The notes beneath the pieces were generated by a model. The model worked only from the letters and a program-made list of their open reading frames with translations, did no database searches and was not told the origin of the DNA. This document shows positions 51,755-64,000 of a stretch of 64,000 nt of DNA, one piece after another (within the stretch, counting starts at the first letter, position 1; each line of letters opens with the position of its first letter). A program made the translations under genes and the position numbers. The stretch comes from Octopus sinensis (taxonomy: Eukaryota): the NCBI RefSeq assembly GCF_006345805.1, contig NC_043006.1, positions 55,242,001 through 55,306,000 of the forward strand, given 5' to 3'.

Positions 51755-52163
51755 TTATAAGGCCCGAAATTTTTGGGGAGGGGTCCAGTCGATAAGATCG
51801 ACCCCAGTACGCAACTGGTACTTAATTTATCGACCCCGAAAGGAGGAAAGGCAAAGTCGATCTCGACGGAATTTGTACTCAGAACGTAGCGACAGGCGAA
51901 ATACTGCTAAGCATTTCGTACATCGTGCTAACGATTAACCGCTTTAATAATAATAATCCTTTTTACCATAGGTACAAGGCCTGAATTTTAGGGGAAGACC
52001 TAGTCGATTATATTGACCCCAGTACGTAACTTGTGCTTATTTCATCGACCCCGAAAGGATGAAAGGTAAAGTCGACTGGAATTTGAACTCAGAACGTAAG
52101 GACGGACGAAATGCCGTTAAGCATTTTGCCCGGGATGCCAAGGATTCAGCCAGCTCGCCGCCT
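51755..52163 (-). mobile_element. Two tandem Meta-domain-like SINEs
   Basis: Same blocks as 49330-49912, separated by (AAT)n. Confidence 0.88.
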
Positions 52164-52164
<1 letters not shown>

Positions 52165-52216
<52 letters not shown>

Positions 52217-52348
52217 ACTACTACTACTAATGATAATAATAATAATAATAATAACAACAACAACAACGACAACGACAACAACAACGACAACGACAACAAC
52301 AACGACAACGACAACAACAACAACAACAACAATAATAACAACAACAAC

Positions 52349-52401
<53 letters not shown>
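52165..52401. repeat. Compound (ACT)n(AAT)n(AAC/GAC)n(AAT)n microsatellite
   Basis: Direct. Confidence 0.95.
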
Positions 52402-52403
<2 letters not shown>

Positions 52404-55400
52404 CTACGAAGAAATTAAATAACATCGATATTATTCAACCCAAGAATAACAATCGGGAAGTACGTACTTTAAACTTACAACACAAAATGTACGAAAAACT
52501 ACACGTGCAAAACAATGTGACAACAGAAATGAACGGACCGGTACCCTACGAAAATGACGACCGTCAAAATAATGGCCGGACGTTGTTCCTCATGCCCCGC
52601 AAATAAAACCCAAAAGACATAAATGGACACGTGAGGAATACACTTCTATCCTACACGCTTACTTCACAGCAGTGCTCTACCCAAAAAATGAAAACACAAC
52701 AACACATACATATAAAATATGGAAGGAAAATAACATAAATATAGACTTGGATACAGCAATGGACCCTAATAAACTAGCTAACGTACGAAGATACATTCTC
52801 AACGCAAAAAAAATATTAGAAATAGAAATAGAACATCTAAAAGAAAAAATACATCAGGAAAATGTAGATAGAAGCCACACAACAATGCCCAATAATATAA
52901 ACACCGAAACAGTGAAACACGAAGACAAACGTAACATTCCCAACAAACACGATGTAAACAAAAAACAACAAACCCAGACCTTAAGGATGCATAATAATAC
53001 ACGACAAACAGCAAGCCAAAACACAACAAACAAACATACAAATGAGAAAGAAAGCGACACAAATCTAAAACCTGGAAACAACGAAGGAGAGCCTAATGAT
53101 TATGATAATATAAAAAGTAGAATAATCAAAGAACTGAAAACCACAGAGCTCAAAATGGACCACCGACCATACCTCCCAAAAATCAAAATAGACGAAACAA
53201 CAACACCAATTATAAACAGCATAAACCTAGCCATCACAGAACTAATAGCCAATGAAACAAAAAGCGATATCACTGAGCTAAATGACTTAGTATATGCAGC
53301 AGCCACTGCAGCCACAAAAGATGCTGGATACTCACTCAAACCCATCCAAACAGGAGTACCACCACCCAAACAAACCCTGTGGATAAATAACATCCAAAAC
53401 AAAATACAAAAAATGAGAAAAGATCTGTCGATTCTTAATGAAATCAGTAGACAATCAACGCTACTGAGCAACAAAAAGAAAACAAAAATACTCCGCAAAT
53501 ACATCACAGAAAAAGATTTACCTGATATAAAAGAAAAGCTAAAGCAAGATACCCTTGCCAAAGCACAAAGGATCCGCCGGTACGAGAAACGCCAGCGCTT
53601 CTTTGAACAAAACAAACAGTTCAACTCCAACCCCAAAAAGTTCTACCAAGAACTTGGCAAAAATAAAATAGAAATCACTGCAGCACCAACGGCAGAAGAA
53701 GTAGAAGAATTCTGGAGAGAAATATGGTCGGCGAACGAACAACCAAAAAAAAAAAGGAGCATTAAAACAACAAACTCAGCATCTGAGCAACTTTGGACCC
53801 CCATAACAACTGAAGAGGTTACCCAGGCACTGCAAAGACTAAGCAACTGGAAGGCATCTGGGCATGACAAGATCCCCAACTTCTGGTTGAAATATCTAAC
53901 AGGAATGCACAAAAAGCTGGCTGAAAACTTTAACAACATACTAGCAGAGCCAGAGACAATGCCTGAATGGCTCACGAAGGGGAAAACCATCTTAATTCCC
54001 AAATCAAATGAGACAGCAAAACCAGAAAACTACAGACCAATAACCTGTCTTCCTACAAGGCACTTACTGCAGTGATATCGCAAAGGTTGAACAAGCACCT
54101 GGACGAAAACAAACTGTTCCCAGAAGAGCAGAAAGGATGCCGCAAAGGCTCATATGGCTGTAAAGATCAACTAATGATTAATAAAGCCATAACTGAAGAC
54201 AGCCACAGAAAGAAGAAAGGCCTCAGTATGGCCTGGATCGACTACAAAAAGGCGTTTGATAGCATCCCCCACACATGGATCCTCGAAACACTAGCCATTA
54301 ACAAAGTAGCACCAACAATTATAAAATTCATAGGACACTCTATAAATAAATGGCAAACAGTGCTACAGCTCTAAACAAAAGTGGGACTCATGAAAACCAA
54401 AGCCATCCCCATTAGAAGAGAAATATTTCATGGAGACACGCTCTCTCCACTCCTTTTCTGCTTGGCACTGTCACCTCTATCTGATATGCTAAATAGAACT
54501 GGATGCGGATATAAATGTTACGGCAAAACGATCAGCCACCTTTTATATATGGATGACCTAAAACTATACGCTGCATATGACAAACAGCTGGAAACACTGT
54601 TAAAGACAGTTCATAGATTTACCAAAGAAATAGATATGAAATTTGGATTAGAAAAGTGCGCCAAAGTAACCATGAAAAGAGGAAAACTAGTTAAGAGTAG
54701 CAACATCACACTAGATAAAACCAATGAAATAAAAGAATTAGACCAAAGCCAAACTTACAAATACTTAGGAATCCATGAACTAGATAAGACACAAACACAC
54801 ACAAATGAAAGAGAAAATAAAAAAGAATATATAGACGAGTTAGATCAATACTAAAAACAGAGTTCAATGCTAAAAACAATATAATAGGTATTAACACTTT
54901 AGCTGTCCCAGTTATAAGTTACAGCTACAATATCCTTAACTGGACACTAAATGAACTGACCAAAATAGACAGGAAAAGAAGAAAAATACTGACAGGATCT
55001 AGGATGCATCACCCAAAATCTGACGTAGAAAGACTATATATACAACGTATAGAAGATGGTAGAGGCCTTATACAGCTGGAACACTACTATAAAATAACCA
55101 CCATAGGACTGCAAAAATATCTACTTCAGAAGGAAGGAAAACTGATACAAATAGCGGCAAAACACGAGCAAAACAAAAAATGTTCTCAGTATTTAAGGAA
55201 GCTGACAAATACAAACAAGAAATCATACCACCTAATAAATAGAAGAAGAAGAAGAAGAAGAAGAAGAAGAAGAAGAAGAAGAAGAAGAAGAAGAAGAAGA
55301 AGAAGAAGAAGAAGAAGAAGAAGAGAAGAAGAAGAAGAAGAAGAAGAAGAAGAAGAAGAAGAAGAAGAAGAAGAAGAAGAAGAAGAAGAAGAAGAAGAAG

Positions 55401-56103
55401 AAGAAGAAGAAGAGAAGAAGAAGAAGAAGAAGAAGAAGAAGAAGAAGAAGAAGAAGAAGAAGAAGAAGAAGAAGATGAAGAAACAACAAAAGCTATAAAA
55501 CAAATGAAATCCAAACTAAAACTAGAACAGCAAAGAACCATGATAAAACGATGGCAAGAAAAGCCCCTTCATGGTAAATACTGGACTAAACTAAATGCAA
55601 AATAAATAGACAAAGAAAAATCCCAGCAATGGTTGAGAAGCTCAGGACTCAAAGCAGAAACAGACGGAATTTTAATTGCAGCACAAGACCAAAGCCTCCC
55701 CACCAGAAATTACCAAAAACATGTAATGAAAAGAAATATAACAAGTAACTGCAGAATATGTGGAGATGGACAAGAAACAATAAATCATATTATCTCAGTC
55801 ATGGCTAAGAAGGAATATATTCACAGACATGACAGAGTTGGAACCCACATACACTGGAAGCTATGCCAACATTATGGAATAACAACAGAAAAAAGATGGT
55901 ATAGGCACACACCACAAAAGGTCACAGAAAACGAGAAAGCAACCATACTCTGGGATATGCCGATACACACAGATAGAGAATTTAAGGCCAACAGACCAGA
56001 TATAGTTGTCAGAGATCATGAAGAAAAAAAATGCTTTCTAATTGATGTATCAATACTGGCTGATGACAACATGTCTCTAAAAGAAATGGAGAAACTCTCA
56101 AAA
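52402..56103 (+). mobile_element. Near full-length R4/Dong-like non-LTR retrotransposon (RT, CCHC, RLE), frameshifted
   Basis: KWTREEYTSILHAY N-terminus; ENYRPITCLP; PEEQKGC; AWIDYKKAFDSIPH; IFHGDTLSPLLFCLAL; YMDDLKLY; FGLEKC; CRICGDGQETINHI; ILWD..ANRPDIV..LIDVS..KEMEKLSK; starts right after (AAT)n. Confidence 0.95.
55241..55480. repeat. ~240-bp (GAA)n tract inside the LINE ORF
   Basis: Direct; two single-base phase shifts. Confidence 0.97.
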
Positions 56104-56325
56104 TTTGGTAGACGGAAACTGAAAGAAGCCCGTCATATACATGTCCCCCCAACAAAGTTTGACAACCGATGGTGGTGTGTTTACGTCCCCGTAACTTAGC
56201 GGTTCGACCAAAGAGACCGATAGAATAAGTTATAGGCATCCAAAGAATAAGTCCTGGGATCGATTTGCTCGACTAAAGGCGGTGCTCCAGCATGGCCACA
56301 GTCAAAGGACTGAAACAAGTAAAAT
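56104..56325 (+). mobile_element. SINE 3' portion (family of 28603) replacing the LINE 3' end
   Basis: TTTGGTAGACGGAAACTGAAAGAAGCCCGTC...CGACTAAAGGCGGTGCTCCAGCATGGCC. Confidence 0.85.
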
Positions 56326-56419
56326 AATAATAATAATAATAATGATAATAATTTTTCTTTTCTTATAAGTTTTGCTGTGGTTTACAGTTTTTGTAATTGT
56401 GCAATTCGTATATATTAGC

Positions 56420-58530
56420 ATGGAGTCCTGAAACATGAGCAGAAGGGTTGCAATCGTAAGTGCAGAGCTACCAAGGATCAACTCCTGGTAGACAAAACTG
56501 TACTTAGAAACTGCAAGAGGAGGAAAACTAACTTAGCCGTATATCGGATCGATGATTGTAAGACGTATGATATGATCCCACATTCATGGATTATGGAATG
56601 TATGAACCTATTTGGTATTGCAGCGAATGTTGAGCGATTACTTGGAAAAAGTATGGCGAAGTAGAAGACGAAACTGACAGCGTATGGAAGAAGTTTCGGG
56701 ACAATAGAAAATAGGAGAGGCATCTTTCAAGGGGACTACCTATTCCCACTGATCTTTATACTGTGCATGATACCACTAACACTGATCCCGAAGAAAGCAA
56801 AGGTATGCAAGAGCCGCCAACAAAAAGTGAACCACTTGTTATTCATGGATGACCTCAAACTTTATGATAAAGATGAGTCCCAAGTCAGTTCCATCGTTGA
56901 TACGGTGTATACTTCATATAAACATAGAGGGGACAAATTGGGTCAGGCAAAGGAATTAAGTCGATTACATAGACCCCAGTGCGTAACTGGTTCTTAATTT
57001 ATCGACCTCTAAAGGATGAAAGGCAAAGTCGACTTCGGCGGAATTTGAACTTAGAACGTAACGGCAGATGAAATACTGCTAAGCATTTTGCCCGGTGTGC
57101 TAACGTTTCTGCCAGCTCGCCGCCCAAAAGTATACGATGTATACTTTCAGTGCTGATATCAGAATGGAGTTTGGACTGAAAAAGTGCGGTGTGTTAGTCT
57201 TGAAGAGAGGCAAATCAAATGTATGGACGGGCAAGCGATACCGTCGGGGGAGGTTATGATACAGATAGAAGAGATGGGCTATAAGTACTTGGGGATATTG
57301 GAAATGGATAAATTGATGGAGAAAGAAATGACAGAAAAATTTAAGGTGGAGTACTTGCGCAGACTGAGACTGATCCTTAAGTCGAAATTAAACGGATGGA
57401 ATAAGATCGAAGCTATCAACACCTGGGCGGTTTCACTCCTTAGATATGGAGCAGGTGTAATCGCACGGACAGTAGACGAACTAAACAGATTAGACAGAAA
57501 GACAAGGAAGTTACTGACTAGATATGGGTTACTCCACCCAAAAACTGACATGGACAGACTATATGTACAATGAAAAAGAGGAGGAAGAGGACTGATTGGA
57601 TGCAAACACAGCATTAGAGCAGAAGAAAACAACATAGCATGGTATTTAAAAAGTGCCACAGAACCGCTATTATTGAAAGTAAGAAGGTCAGGCTAATGTT
57701 GGATGGAAGATTGCAAAGGTAAAGCACTGTACAAGCACTTGAAAATGAATGGAACTGAAAATACGTGGATAGAGAAACGAATGTATGGACAATTTCATAG
57801 GGATGTTGAAGATGAAGACAGAAAAACTATGGCTTTGGATGATTTAAGTGATTTAAAACCGGAACGGAGGCTCTAATCTGTGCTGCCCAAGAGCAAGCAT
57901 TAAGATCCAGTTACATTAAATACAGAATAGACAGCACATCAGAAAGTGATAAGTGCAGAATTTGTGGACTAAATGGTGAAAGCGTATGGCATATTACCAG
58001 TCAATTTACGTCACTAGCCCAGAAAGATTATAAGAGATGTCATGACAATATAGTAAGGATTGGCCTTTAGAACTTTGCAACAAGTATGGACTTAACAGAG
58101 CAAAAAATTGGTACGAACATAAAGACGAAGGTAATTATCGAAAATGATAATGCAAAGATCCTATGAGATTTCATGACTCAGTGCGACCATGAGATAGAGA
58201 ATATGAAACCAAACATAGTCTTAATTGAGAAAGACAGCAAACGATGCCAGGGTGACCACAAGGTATGCGATGAGGAATAAAGAAAAGTTGATAGAAATAA
58301 CAGGTTAGCTTGGGAGGTTAAGCAGTTATGTAAAAATCTTGAGAAGTACATAGAACAAATAGGGGCTGCAATAAGGATGAAGCATTTGCAGAAAACAGCA
58401 CTGCTTGGAACTGCTCGAATACTCCAGATGGTGCTCGAAAAATAAGGGTTATTACCTTAGTTCACTGGTGGTGAACAGCTGACACCGTAGTACACCTCCA
58501 GTGTTAGAAGCCGTGCAAAGACGATAAAAC
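56420..58530 (+). mobile_element. 5'-truncated R4/Dong-like LINE (second subfamily)
   Basis: [14 protein letters not shown]; GIFQGD; LLFMDDLKLY; YKYLGI; AINTWAVSLLRY; LQKTALLGTARIL; 3' UTR ending GTGCAAAGACGATAAAACAAT. Confidence 0.9.
56915..57131 (-). mobile_element. Meta-domain-like SINE inserted in the LINE RT, with a 15-bp TSD
   Basis: ATACGGTGTATACTT (56900-56914) and ATACGATGTATACTT (57132-57146), one mismatch. Confidence 0.88.
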
Positions 58531-58559
58531 AATAAGAATGGATGGTTAACAGAATTTGA

Positions 58560-60043
58560 GCTAGAAATCATTACAAGAGGATATCAGATGACGTTGAGCA
58601 TACGAGAAACGAAAGTAGTATAGTGGAAGAGATGGACAATTGTTCGCATGAATATACTAATATGAATCATGAAAGACTCTAGATTAGTGACTATTTTAAC
58701 AATGAAGACCAAATGAAAATAAACAAGATTTTGGATCTATTAAATAAAAAAGAGACAGAATTTATGTGCGATTTTAAGAAGACTAACCAACGGAAACTAA
58801 ACCAAGAGAAAGTAAAGTCAATAATGTATTGAGACATATTGAAACAAAGAACATCACACAAACAAATAAACTCATCAAAACCTCAAGTAGGATTGTGGTA
58901 GAAAGGATGGGTTTGAGAACTATTGAGAACAGATCATTGACAGATAAAGGAGGAAATAAACAACTCTGGTGGAAAAGGAGATTTTCAGAAGATATAAACT
59001 CCCTGAACAGTGTAGTAGTGTCAACAATTGTCAGGAAAGAAAAGGAGAATTGAAGAATGGTCGCAAATAAAAAAAATTGTAGTAGTATGATGTAGATGCA
59101 AAAGATCTGAATGTAATTGAAGAACTGAAGCAGCGCATACTTGTCAAAAAATGCAAAGCTAACTTAGGTTTGAACAACGGAATAAACAATACCGGAAAAT
59201 TCAATTGTTTACAATCGACCAAAAAAGATTTTATCAAGAAATTAATGATGACATAGAATGTGAAAGATTAGTTACTGATGCTGATGAAAGTCGACAGTTT
59301 GGGGGTAAGATTTAGAGTAAGCACGAACAACATGATACTGCAGCTGAATGGCTATTCACTTCACAGAAGGCAGTGTCAGAAATATGAGTAAAATAATAAG
59401 TAATTGGAAAGCAACAGGACCTGATGGTGTACAGGGATTTTGGATATAAAGTTCAGTAGTTGCTATAAATTGATCGCAGAGCAATTTAATGCATTGATAG
59501 ATGGAGAAGAAATTCCGGGTTGGTTGACAAAAGGACGAGAACAGGATTGTGTGTGAAGGATGCATACAAAAAATGCTGCTGACAATTACAGGCCAATTTC
59601 TTGCCTCCCATAAATGTGGAAGTTACTATCAGGAGGAATCGCAGAAGAACTGTAAAAATTTCTTCAAGAGAAGGATATGTTACCGACGGAACATATAGGT
59701 TGTAGGAGGAGATGCAGAGGCACCAAAAACCAATAATTGATCGACAAAATAGTAATGCAAAATTGTAAACGGACGACAAATTTGTGAATGATCTGGATTG
59801 ATTATCGCAAAGCATAAGATATGATTCCACATTCATGGATCATCGAGTGATTGGATTTACTTGAAATTGCGAGGAATGTAACGTTTTCTGAAGAGATGTA
59901 TGGTGGGGTGTAAAACTGAGTTGATATCGTACAGACAAAGATATAGTAGGCATCAGAAGAGGGATTTTCCAAGACGAAGCTTATCTCCGTTCCTTTTGGT
60001 ACTTTGCATGATCCCGTTGACCTTGGTACTTAGGAAAAGGAAC
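58560..60043 (+). pseudogene. R4/Dong-like LINE, mid-ORF to RT, heavily decayed
   Basis: KNITQTNKLI; DQKRFYQEIN; NWKATGPDGVQGFWI; NYRPISCLP; WIDYRKA.DMIPHSW; IRRGIFQ. Confidence 0.85.
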
Positions 60044-60440
60044 CTGGGATTCTGCACTTATCAAAGATTCTGTACTTACCACTTTCTGCCGTGTTGTCTA
60101 TTTTGTATTTTATGTAGTTTGTTCTTAGTGCATGCTCTTGGGCAGCACAGATTAGAGCTCCCGTTTCTGGTATTAAATCACTTTTAGTCATCCACAGCCA
60201 TCTTTCTTCTCTGTCTGTCTTATCTTTAACATATCTACAAAATTGACCATGCATTCTTTTCTTTACCCACCTATTTTCAGTTTCATGCGTTTTCAATTTC
60301 TTGTACAGTGCTTTATCTTTGCAATCTTTCATCCTACACAAGCCTGACCTTCTTACTTCTAATAATAGCGGTTCTGTGGCACTTTTACATACCATGCTAT
60401 GTTGTTTTCTTCTGCTCTCTCTAAATACCATTAGTTTTTC
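60044..60440 (-). pseudogene. Inverted internal segment of an R4/Dong-like LINE
   Basis: KSATEPLLLEVRRSG..MHGQF..WLWMTKSDLIPETGALICAAQEHALRTNYIK. Confidence 0.85.
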
Positions 60441-60744
60441 TATCAAAGTGACACTGGGGTAAAATATACGAAGCCCAGTATACCCATCATGGATACCCGT
60501 CTGATAACGGTACCAGACACATGCATCACAACTACATGTGCGTGACATGGTGATCTCAATTATTCAAACTCCAAAGAATTCCTCTCACCACATGGCTATG
60601 ATCCTCCCCTACTACTTCTGCTCGTGATCAGAGACGCTCATATCATCAGCCAGCAAAGGATATGGTCAACTGGTTACGGTCAAACAACTGACAAGCTAAT
60701 CTGTGGTATTGAGCAGAATATTTGCTGTAGCCTATCTTTTATAC

Positions 60745-61280
60745 CAAGACAATTTTCAACAAGTATGGACTTGACAGCGCTTAAATGTGGTACGAGCATA
60801 AACCCGAAGGCATCATCGAAAATGGTAATGCAAAGATCTTTTGGGATTTTATGTGACCATGAGATAGAGAATACGAAACGAAACAAAGTCTTAATTGAGA
60901 AAGAAAGCAAACGATGCCAGATCATACATATAGCATGCTCAGTTGACAACAAGGTATGCGATAAGGAAGAAAGAAAAGTCGATAGATTTAAAAGGTTAGC
61001 TTGGGAGGTTAAGCAGTTGTGGTCGCTGAAAAAGGTGGTAGTAGTACCAGTAATTGTCGGAGCCCTGGGAACAGTGACTAAAAATTTTGAGAAATATATG
61101 GAACAAATTGGGGCTGCAATAAGGTTGGAGCACTTGCAGAAAACAGCACTGCTTGGGACCGCTCGAATCCTTCGGATGGAGTTCGAATCTGTGATAAGTG
61201 CAGAATCCTGGTAGTAAACAGCTGACAGCGTGGTACTTCTCCAGCATTAGAAGCTGTGCAAAGACAATAAAATAATAATT
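60745..61280 (+). mobile_element. R4/Dong-like LINE 3' end (RLE plus 3' UTR)
   Basis: CDHEIEN..LAWEVKQLW..VPVIVGALG..LQKTALLGTARIL; 3' UTR similar to 58450-58530. Confidence 0.88.
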
Positions 61281-61284
61281 ATAA

Positions 61285-61800
61285 TCCTTTCCGCTCTAGG
61301 CACAAGGCCTGTTTTTTTTTGTGGGGGCGGGGGTAAGTCGATTACATCGACTCCAGTTCTGAACTGGTACGTATTTTATCGACCCGAAAGGGTGAAAGGC
61401 TAAGTTGACCTCGGCTGAATTTGAAATTAGAACGTTAGGACGGATGAAATGCCACTACTATAAGCACAAGGTTTTAAATTTTTGGGGAGGGCACAAGTCA
61501 ATTATATTGATTAGTACTTGACTGGTACTTCATTTTATCGACCTCAATACGTTTTAAACTCATGAACTTAGTGAACTCAGAATGTTAAGAGCCTGGATAA
61601 ATACCACTAGTTTTTCGAGCGCTTCTGCCAAATTGCCGCCTTCAATAACAATAATAAGGTTATTCGGCCGAGGTCAACTTTGCCTTTCATCCTTTCGGGG
61701 TCGATAAATTAAGTACCAGTTGCGTACTGGAGTCGATCTAATCGACTGGCCCCTCCCCACAAAATTTCGGGCCTTGTGCCTTGAGTAGAAAAGAATACTA
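61285..61800. mobile_element. Cluster of three Meta-domain-like SINE pieces (two minus, one plus)
   Basis: Minus copies at about 61285-61450 and 61455-61645; plus copy at 61660-61800 (GCCTTTCATCCTTTCGGGGTCGATAAATTAAGTACC). Confidence 0.82.
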
Positions 61801-62537
61801 ATAAGGTTATGCCAATGTTGAGATATTCTCTCCATTTCTGAAACGGAAAAAGAATGAGCCAGAGAAATGGTATAGAACTAGAAATCTGCTCACGATGAAC
61901 AACGCTCACCGCCATAAAAGTAATACTGACAATCTTTGACTACCAAGAAAGGAAGATACAGAAGATTACTAAGCAAAGAAGACACTGTTAATACTACAAT
62001 GCTGCCTCTGAAAAATTATGTTGTGCAGAGTAAAATAAGTATATTAACGGTACCTCAAAAATTACTGAAACAGTAGGAGAAAAAAAAAATAAAACAAATA
62101 CCTTATTTTCCCTCACGCTGCGAATGTGAATTCAAGGAATAATTTAAATAAATCCATTATTTTTTAGAATTTATGTTTTTATATAAATTCGCTTGAAAAT
62201 CATGAACCGCGTATCTATTAGGAAAAATTGGAAAATGATGACGTCATATCGACAGTCGTACATATATTTGTAATTACAAGATACACTAGAAATGTTTAAT
62301 CGAAATTTCCAAACGAAATATAGAACAAAAGATATCAAATTTATTACCCCCCTTAAATTTTCTGTTGAAAAATTGTAAATTGAAATGACGTCATAACAGA
62401 ATATTTTCAAATTCTACAAAATATTTTGTTGTGTCTGGGGAGAGTCATTTTCTTTTTGTGCCTTATAATGCAACACACTCATCGGTAAAATTTCCACTTA
62501 TTTCTTATTTTTATTTTCCTAAAATTTTCGTTGCGTC

Positions 62538-62579
62538 TTGCAACCTTTTCAATAGTCAAGACTATTGAAAAGGTTGCAA
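62538..62579. repeat. Perfect 20-bp hairpin with a 2-nt loop
   Basis: TTGCAACCTTTTCAATAGTC-AA-GACTATTGAAAAGGTTGCAA. Confidence 0.92.
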
Positions 62580-62692
62580 ATCTGAATTGAAATCACTCCT
62601 CGTCACTCCAAGTCGCCTTTTCTGATTCGTAAGATACAGATATTCCAAAATCCTGTTTCTATCCACTGAAAACATTGTAAGCCAGTTCAATT

Positions 62693-62816
62693 TTGGGCGA
62701 CGGTAAAGAATACGCACACCATCTGTTTTCGGCGTTTAGGGTTAGAGTTACATTTAGGGTTAGGATTAGGGTTACGTCGAAAATGGGTGGTGTGCGTATT
62801 CTTTACCTCCGCCCAA
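62693..62816. mobile_element. Palindromic MITE-like element with a telomere-like (TTAGGG) loop
   Basis: ~43-bp imperfect arms; loop TTAGGGTTAGAGTTACATTTAGGGTTAGGATTAGGGTT. Confidence 0.75.
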
Positions 62817-63349
62817 TTTTGAATTGAAACTCCATATTACGGCAAGGGTTGCCGCAAAATGTTGAGAATTTTCATATTTTTGACACTAGGTAGTATTAGA
62901 AAAGTCTTCATTTGAATACTTTTTCAATTCAATGTATTGTATTTTGTATTCATGAGATGCTAACATTAGATTATTCTTTAGCTATTTTAAATTATTTTGC
63001 ACTTCATTATATACCTCTATAATACTGATACATATTTCATTAACCATCGAATGATGACAATCAAAGTCACAATATGTAGGTCGAGCATGTTTTTATGACT
63101 CTTTATAATAGAGAGAACCAGTGTGGTTAACGTAGGCATTGCTGAAGAATTTGAATTTGAACGTTAGATTGTGACTAATGGATGCTGTCGGTGTGTTTCA
63201 TCTAGCATATCTGTATAGTCATTATAGCAATTTGAGCCAGGAATTTTACAATACGCGTGTTTACAGTTAAATTTCTGAATCACATTGGTCATTAGTAGCT
63301 TGTTGGCCGGTTTGCATACTTTTGCTTTGTTATTGGTTTCAAATTTTGG

Positions 63350-63512
63350 TACTTTGCCAGCAATGTCAAGGGAAGGGGTAAGTCAATTATATCGACCTCG
63401 AAAGAATGAAAGTCAAAAATCAATCTCAGCGAAATTTGAACTCAGAATGTGAAGACGGACAAAGTGTTAAGCATTTTGCCCGGTGCCAAAATTATTCTGC
63501 CAACTCACCGTC
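63350..63512 (-). mobile_element. Meta-domain-like SINE, diverged
   Basis: ATCGACCTCGAAAGAATGAAAG..GAAATTTGAACTCAGAA..GCATTTTGCCCGG..CTGCCAACTCACCG. Confidence 0.8.
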
Positions 63513-63553
63513 TTCTTTCACTTCGTTATGAAAGAGATTTTGAGTTTTTATAG

Positions 63554-64000
63554 TATTGGGTTGTCCGGAAAGTTCGTGCCGATTTATAGTAGCTTATCTT
63601 TCGATTTATTTTAGAACATGGTTGAGTCCATAAAATAGGATTTGACTACATCTCCATTTAGAACACAGTTTAAGCTATCTTTTCATGGAAGAAGTTTTAT
63701 GTTCCTATAACCTGTGTTAATTTTGTAACCCTTTAAAATGGAAGATAAGAAACTTCATTTTCGGCACTTGATGCTTTGGGAACCAGACAAAAATTGCTGC
63801 AGCTCAGCTGGGATGAGTTACCTCACCCTCCATATTCACCAGATATTGCTCTTTCGGATTTCCACTTATTCAAGTCTCTGCAGAATAGTCTTAATGGTAA
63901 AAATTTCAATTCCTTGGATGACTTAAAATGATACCTTGATGAATTCTTTGTCATGAAACCACCTCAATTCTGGGTTGAGGGTCTTTTCAAGTTAAAGGAA
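63554..64000 (+). mobile_element. Internally deleted mariner (same family as 44727-45272), runs off the window
   Basis: TIR TATTGGGTTGTCCGGAAAGTTCGTGCCGATTT; same TTTGGGAACCAGACAAAAATTGCTGCAG deletion junction. Confidence 0.9.

Noticed and set aside
52672-54075. 467-aa ORF as a novel host protein
   Set aside because: It is the N-terminal and early RT part of the R4/Dong-like LINE ORF
63135-63175. CTGAAGA...GAACGTT as a hammerhead
   Set aside because: Incomplete GAAA and no stem I or stem II pairing

Overview
Repeat-saturated eukaryotic non-coding DNA, most consistent with a coleoid cephalopod (Octopus-like). That assignment is an inference from the SINE types, microsatellite load and LINE mix. 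I found no recognisable host protein-coding gene, rRNA, functional tRNA or CRISPR array, and most listed ORFs are microsatellite artefacts. The window holds decayed Tc1/mariner elements and MITEs, a Helitron helicase fragment, a Ty3/gypsy pol remnant, RTE LINE pieces, several R4/Dong-like (RLE-type) LINEs tied to AAN microsatellites, many tRNA-derived SINEs, and Penelope-like elements (PLEs). The most notable structures are: (1) a PLE inverted pseudo-LTR carrying a tRNA-like Pol III head about 70-90 nt upstream of a minimal hammerhead ribozyme motif; (2) several further, sequence-unrelated hammerhead-like motifs; (3) a ~5.3 kb tandem duplication with a 61-nt locally templated patch at its junction; (4) an inverted repeat with 280-bp, 100% identical arms. 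Element boundaries are approximate unless TIRs or TSDs are cited. All family assignments come from motif recognition by eye, not database searches.
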